Shown here: positions 49,899-54,818 of the stretch, piece after piece
How the letters are laid out: every line of letters begins with the position of its first letter
How positions within the stretch are numbered: the stretch's first letter is position 1
Assembly: GCF_001194135.2 (NCBI RefSeq)
Contig: NC_068993.1
Location: 40,452,595-40,507,412, forward strand
DNA length: 54,818 nt
From: Octopus bimaculoides
Lineage: Eukaryota
Reading direction: 5' to 3'
The notes under the pieces: model-generated
The model's database searches: none
Told to the model about the DNA's origin: nothing
The model's input: only the letters and a program-made list of their open reading frames with translations
Program-made: the position numbers and the translations under genes

Positions 49899-50825
49899 AA
49901 TAATAATAATAAGGCAGAATGCTAAACTGAAAGCATATTTTAATATAGATGTGCATAAGGAGAATTAAAAAGGATTTCTAACCGGCGTTCATTGCATGCC
50001 AAATTTTCAAGATGAGGGGAAATGAAAATAATGTTTTTTACAAAAATATTAAAAAATATATAAAAAAATAAATATACCAATACATTATATTGTCTTTGAG
50101 TTTTTAAAGTTCAATGGTAATCCATGTAGACAAATGTTAGATAGATTAGGATGCATGGAATTAAGAATCGTGCTGTGTTTAAAAAAGGCTGAGAGTTTAT
50201 GTGTTAAACAGGAAGTGTGGTGTCAAAACAGGAAGTGTGTGTGTAAGGGAAGACAATTCTGTGGGTTTTATACTCTTTAGTTGGAGTTCTGGACTCTTTG
50301 TCAACAGGAAGTTTATGTATGTTCTTAGAGAAACAAGAAGTAAATTTATATGTATTTCAATGGGTAGGCGAGAGAATACATATAAATTTATTTCTTGTTT
50401 CTCTAAGAACAGACATAAACTTCCTGTTGACAAAGAGTCCAGAACTCCAACTAAAGAGTACCCACAAAATTGTCTTCCCTTACCACACTTCCTGTTTTGA
50501 CACCACACTTCCCGTTTAACACACAAACTCTCAGTCTATTTTAAGCACAGCATGATTCTTAATTCCATGCATCCTATTCTATCTAACAATTATCTACATG
50601 GATTACCATTGAACTTTAAAAACTCAAAGACAATATAATGTATTGGTATGTTTATTTTTTTTTATATATGTTTTATATTTTTGTAAAAAACATTATTTTC
50701 ATTTCCCCTCTTCTTGAAAATTTGCCATGCAATGGAAGCCGGTTAGAAATCCTTTTTAATCCTCCTTATGCACATCTATATTAAAATATGCTTTCAGTTT
50801 AGCATTCTGCCTTATTATTATTATT
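49899..50825. mobile_element. ~930-bp fold-back palindrome (likely non-autonomous DNA transposon)
   Basis: Arms 49899-50356 and 50375-50825 are reverse complements with scattered mismatches and small indels; 18-nt loop; ends (AAT)n-AAGGCAGAATGC / GCATTCTGCCTT-(ATT)n. Confidence 0.9.
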
Positions 50826-51209
50826 TTATTACTTTTTTTTTCCTATATATATATATATATGTGTGAGGGGCTTCTTTCAGCTTCTGCCTACCCCAAATGC
50901 ACTCATAAGACTTTGTTTATGCTAGAACTATAGTAGAATACACATGCTCATGGTGGTGTCCGGTGAGACCAAACTCAAAGCTACATGGTTAGGAAGCAAG
51001 CTTCTCAACCACACAGCCATACCTGAGCCTATATGCTACTTTATTTCTTCATCTATTTAATACTAAGGCAACTATGACTTGGGTTTAGAACTATTTGCAG
51101 AATCTAATTTGCAGACTATCTTCACAGACCTAATTAGTTTTGTTTGAGCTGAACTTTGATGTATGAATAGGATTAATGGTGTTGCCCTTAATAAGATAAA
51201 TCTGGCTAA

Positions 51210-51430
51210 TACAGGACAGCTAAAGGAACACAGTGATAAATATACCTTCTGTTAGAAATGCCAGAAGCAATACAAATTGTTCTCTGTAGCTTCCTGTAAC
51301 TAAAGATTCATAATTTGATTTCATAAATTGTGAAGTTTAGAAGCAAAGGCTCACCAAACTTGGTTGTCCACGAAAATTCATTGCTATCATGTGACATCTG
51401 CCCAACAATGTAGAAGCTAAAAACAAAGCC
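51210..51430 (+). mobile_element. Ancient RTE RT fragment
   Basis: 'KCQKQ...' and 'RLTKLGCPRKFIAIM*HL', matching the RTE LGCPxKF motif; related fragment at 52670-52800. Confidence 0.65.
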
Positions 51431-51504
51431 AGTCTTCTATCACGTATCAGTTTAACACTTTGGTGTTCAGATTACTTTGGCAAATATAATGATTATTTAT
51501 TTTA

Positions 51505-51875
51505 TTATTTCACTTGTTTCAGTCATTTGACTGTGGCCATGCTGGAGCATCGCCTTTAGTTGAACTAATCGACCCCAGAATTTATTCTTTGTAAGTCTAG
51601 TACTTATTTTATTGACCACTTTTGCTGAACCACTGAGGATGTAAACACAGCAGCATCGGTTGTCAAGCGATGATGGGCGGACAAACACTGACACACATAC
51701 ACACACACACACACATATATGATGGGCTTCTTTCAGTTTCCATCTGGCAAATCCATTCACAAGGCTTTAGTCGGCTCAAGGCTATAGAAGAAGACACTTG
51801 CCCAAGGTGCCGCACAGTGGGACTGAGCCCGGAGTCATGTGGTTGGGAAGCAAGCTTCTTACCATACAGCTGCAC
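51505..51875 (-). mobile_element. Composite SINE A/B
   Basis: Reverse complement of the modular consensus; another copy at 52995-53455. Confidence 0.85.
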
Positions 51876-52145
51876 GTTAATTTTCTCAATTAAGCATGCA
51901 TTATCTTGTAACTTCGTGATTTTGATGATATTATTGTCTTATTTTTATACCGATCGTGTAGGGTAGGTGTGAGAGGCAGGACCTGGCAAGTTTAAATATA
52001 GAACAGGTAGAATATTTTGGCCAGATATGGCCGGTTTAAATACTAGAAGGTTAAAGTGAGAACTAGAGTAAGGTGAGAATGCATGATATCACCCATGTTC
52101 CTAACAGTCATATATCTTTGAAATCTGATCTCACACAAACATACA

Positions 52146-52179
<34 letters not shown>

Positions 52180-52235
52180 TTTACACATTACTTTATGTAT
52201 GTTGAACAAATGAGAGAGGAATGTTCAGTGTCCAG

Positions 52236-52627
52236 CAGTAGTTCTCAACTGGAGTTCATATGACCACTGGGGGTGGGGGTGAGCATATAATATTTTAGGG
52301 TATCCACTCAAGAAAAAAAAGTAAATTGGGGATCCATAGTTGTATTTTAAAGGTCCATGAAAAAATTTTTTAATTTAGATTTCTTTGTTGCAAGGTTTCT
52401 CTGTCTAATGTTTTCACGGTTCAACATATTTCCAGTCACTGAAACATGTTCTCTCAGAGAGTGCTCTTGCAAACTTACTCAAGTGAACGTGTGAAAAACA
52501 AAATAGGAATTTTGAAAGCAGTATTAATAAAACTACTTTCTAAACTTTAAATGACTATGGAGGTCCACCAGAATAAAATACTAAACAAAGAGGTCCATAG
52601 GTAAAAAAAATGGTTGAAAAACCACTA
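52236..52627. mobile_element. hAT (Charlie-like) MITE, copy 2
   Basis: TIRs CAGTAGTTCTCAAC / GGTTGAAAAACCACTA; subterminal regions align to 11621-11948. Confidence 0.75.
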
Positions 52628-52833
52628 TTGTAGAGGATTTTTTTCTTTTTTTTTTTTGTTACTTATTTATTATTTGATTTCATAAGTTGTGAAGTTCTGA
52701 GGAAAAAGGCTCATCAACCTTGGTTGTCCACAAAAATTCAATGCAGTCATGTGACTTCTGAACAACAAGATGGAAGCCAGAGTGGGCCCCAATCTTCTTA
52801 AACTGAAAATTGAAGTAAAGCAGNNNNNNNNNN

Positions 52834-52874
<41 letters not shown>

Positions 52875-53459
52875 TATGTGTGTGTGTATATTTTTATTGA
52901 TATTTAGTAGAAACATCAGAGTGACTCAAGGTCCGAGAGTTTCATGCATTATCACTTAGCAAGCTACTCGATCGACACCTGTATATATGTGTATCTTTTA
53001 CTTGCTTCAGTCATTTGACTGTTGCCATGCTGGGGCACCACCTTGAAAAGTTTTTAGTCAAATGAAATGACCCCGAGTACTATTTTGTTTTAAGCTGGTA
53101 CTCATTCTGTTTTTTNNNNNNNNNNGTACTATTTTGTTTTAAGCTGGTACTCATTCTGTTTTTTTCACTTTTGGTGAACTACTATGTTATAGGGACGAAA
53201 ACAAACCAACACTGGTTGTCAAACTGGTGGGGGACAAACACAAACAGAATCACATGCACACACAGACAAACACACACACATACACACACACAACAGGCCT
53301 CTTACAGATTCTGTCTACCAAATTCATTCACTAGGCTTTGGTTGGCTTGAAGCTATAGTAGAACACATTTGCCCAACATGCCATACAATGGGACTGATCC
53401 TGGAATCATGTGGTTGAGAAGCAAACTTTTTTCTACACAGCCACACCAGCACCTATTGG

Positions 53460-53508
<49 letters not shown>

Positions 53509-53607
53509 ATATATATATATATGTATATATATTTATTAAACAAAATTAGATAAAGCCAAGACTGTCAGTAGTTTTTAGGACATTTATAAAGAAAATGATA
53601 TAGATAT

Positions 53608-53657
53608 AGTCTTACAGCTGTTTCTGGGATATTATGGATATTCCTTCATCAGAGATG
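53608..53657 (-). ncRNA. Minimal type I hammerhead ribozyme (PLE-type)
   Basis: Minus strand TCT-CTGATGA-AGGAATATCCATAATATCCCA-GAAA-CAGCT-GTA-AGA. Stem II GG(A)ATAT/ATAT(C)CC, palindromic AGCT loop III, short stem I. Confidence 0.7.
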
Positions 53658-54469
53658 ATGTGGGATGGTTAAGTAGAGGTAAATATTTGAGTTTGAAATA
53701 AGGAATTATTATGGAAAATGGTGAGATAGGGAATATATATATATACACATATATATATATATAATACCTACACTAGAAATAGGATAGTGATGCTGTGCAT
53801 GGAGCTCTAAACACACCACTAGTAATCCTGCATCTAACTGTACACACAAAACTAGTGTATGTTTATATATATATATATATGTATATGTATATATGCATAT
53901 TCTGTTGCTCTGTTTATATAAATGCTTCATACATTTGAAGAATATATTTTAGCTGATATTTCAAATTTGAAAATGTCTGTGTTAAAAAAGGAAAAAAGAC
54001 AACAGTTCAAAAACAAAAAAGAAAAAAGAAAGCAAAATCTCAGGTAATAAAAGAAATAGGAAAAAATTCAATGTTTAAATAGGAAACCAACAATATTGTT
54101 ATGTGTGGCGATATAATATGTTTTAATGTGTGGTTATATAGACTTTATATTGATTTTTACCTTAATGATTGACTTTTGCAATAATGATAGACAAGGATGA
54201 GTAATTCTAGGTAATTGCTAATTTTATGTTCGTTATGTGAAATAATTGATTTTGTCCTGCCAGGCTGGATTTAATATTTCACTGGTGTCAGATAATGATA
54301 GGCATTACATTAGCATTGAATAATCATGGCTTTGATGTTAATGTTTGCTAATGACAAAGATATTGGTAGCCACAAATGACTGGAGTTTTTACAGATATTG
54401 AATAATTTTAAACTTAACATATATCATAATTTTATCATTGCAAGTTCAGATGATAAGACTTTGGGGTGT

Positions 54470-54490
54470 GTGCATATATATAAGTATATG

Positions 54491-54527
<37 letters not shown>

Positions 54528-54818
54528 ATGTATGTATGTATATATATATATATGTATATGTATGTATGTATATGTATGTGTATATGTATGTGTATATGTA
54601 TGTGTATATGTATGCGTATATGTGTGTATGTATATGTATATGTATGTATATATGTATATGTATGTATATATATGTATATGTATGTATATATATATATATG
54701 TATATGTATGTATATATATATATATGTATATGTATGTATATATATATATATATATATATGTATATGTATGTATATATATATATATATGTATATGTATGTA
54801 TATGTATCTATATATATA
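54470..54818. repeat. (TG)n/(TATG)n compound microsatellite to window end
   Basis: Direct inspection. Confidence 0.95.

Noticed and set aside
51300-52820. Two similar ~130-bp segments resembling duplicated mutually exclusive exons on the minus strand
   Set aside because: Plus-strand translation gives the RTE RT motif LGCPxKF in both, and similarity extends past the putative donor.
53076-53165. 39-bp direct repeat flanking a 10-N gap
   Set aside because: Typical unmerged contig overlap; assembly artefact.

Overview
AT-rich, microsatellite-dense animal genomic DNA with 11 N-gaps. The repeat families look like those of a coleoid cephalopod, most likely Octopus (inference from SINE/RTE motifs, not a database hit). 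No complete protein-coding gene is visible, and the window reads as large-intron or intergenic DNA. Nearly all ORF-track entries are microsatellite, gap or repeat artefacts. Recognisable content: a decayed Penelope-like element (RT plus GIY-YIG), RTE, CR1/Jockey-like and Tx1/L1 LINE fragments, several tRNA-derived SINE families, Tc1/mariner remnants (mariner MITEs and a DD37D/maT-like element), hAT- and piggyBac-like MITEs, and a ~930 bp fold-back palindrome. The main finding is a set of type I hammerhead ribozyme motifs. One at 26907-26999 (minus strand) has a fully canonical core and an extended, branched stem II. Two more (28471-28555, 53608-53657) keep the core motifs and have palindromic stem III loops. 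Degenerate relatives occur, including one at the 3' end of the Penelope element. A few isolated exon candidates exist on both strands; two plus-strand ones splice in frame into a signal-peptide-like N-terminus, but no gene could be identified.
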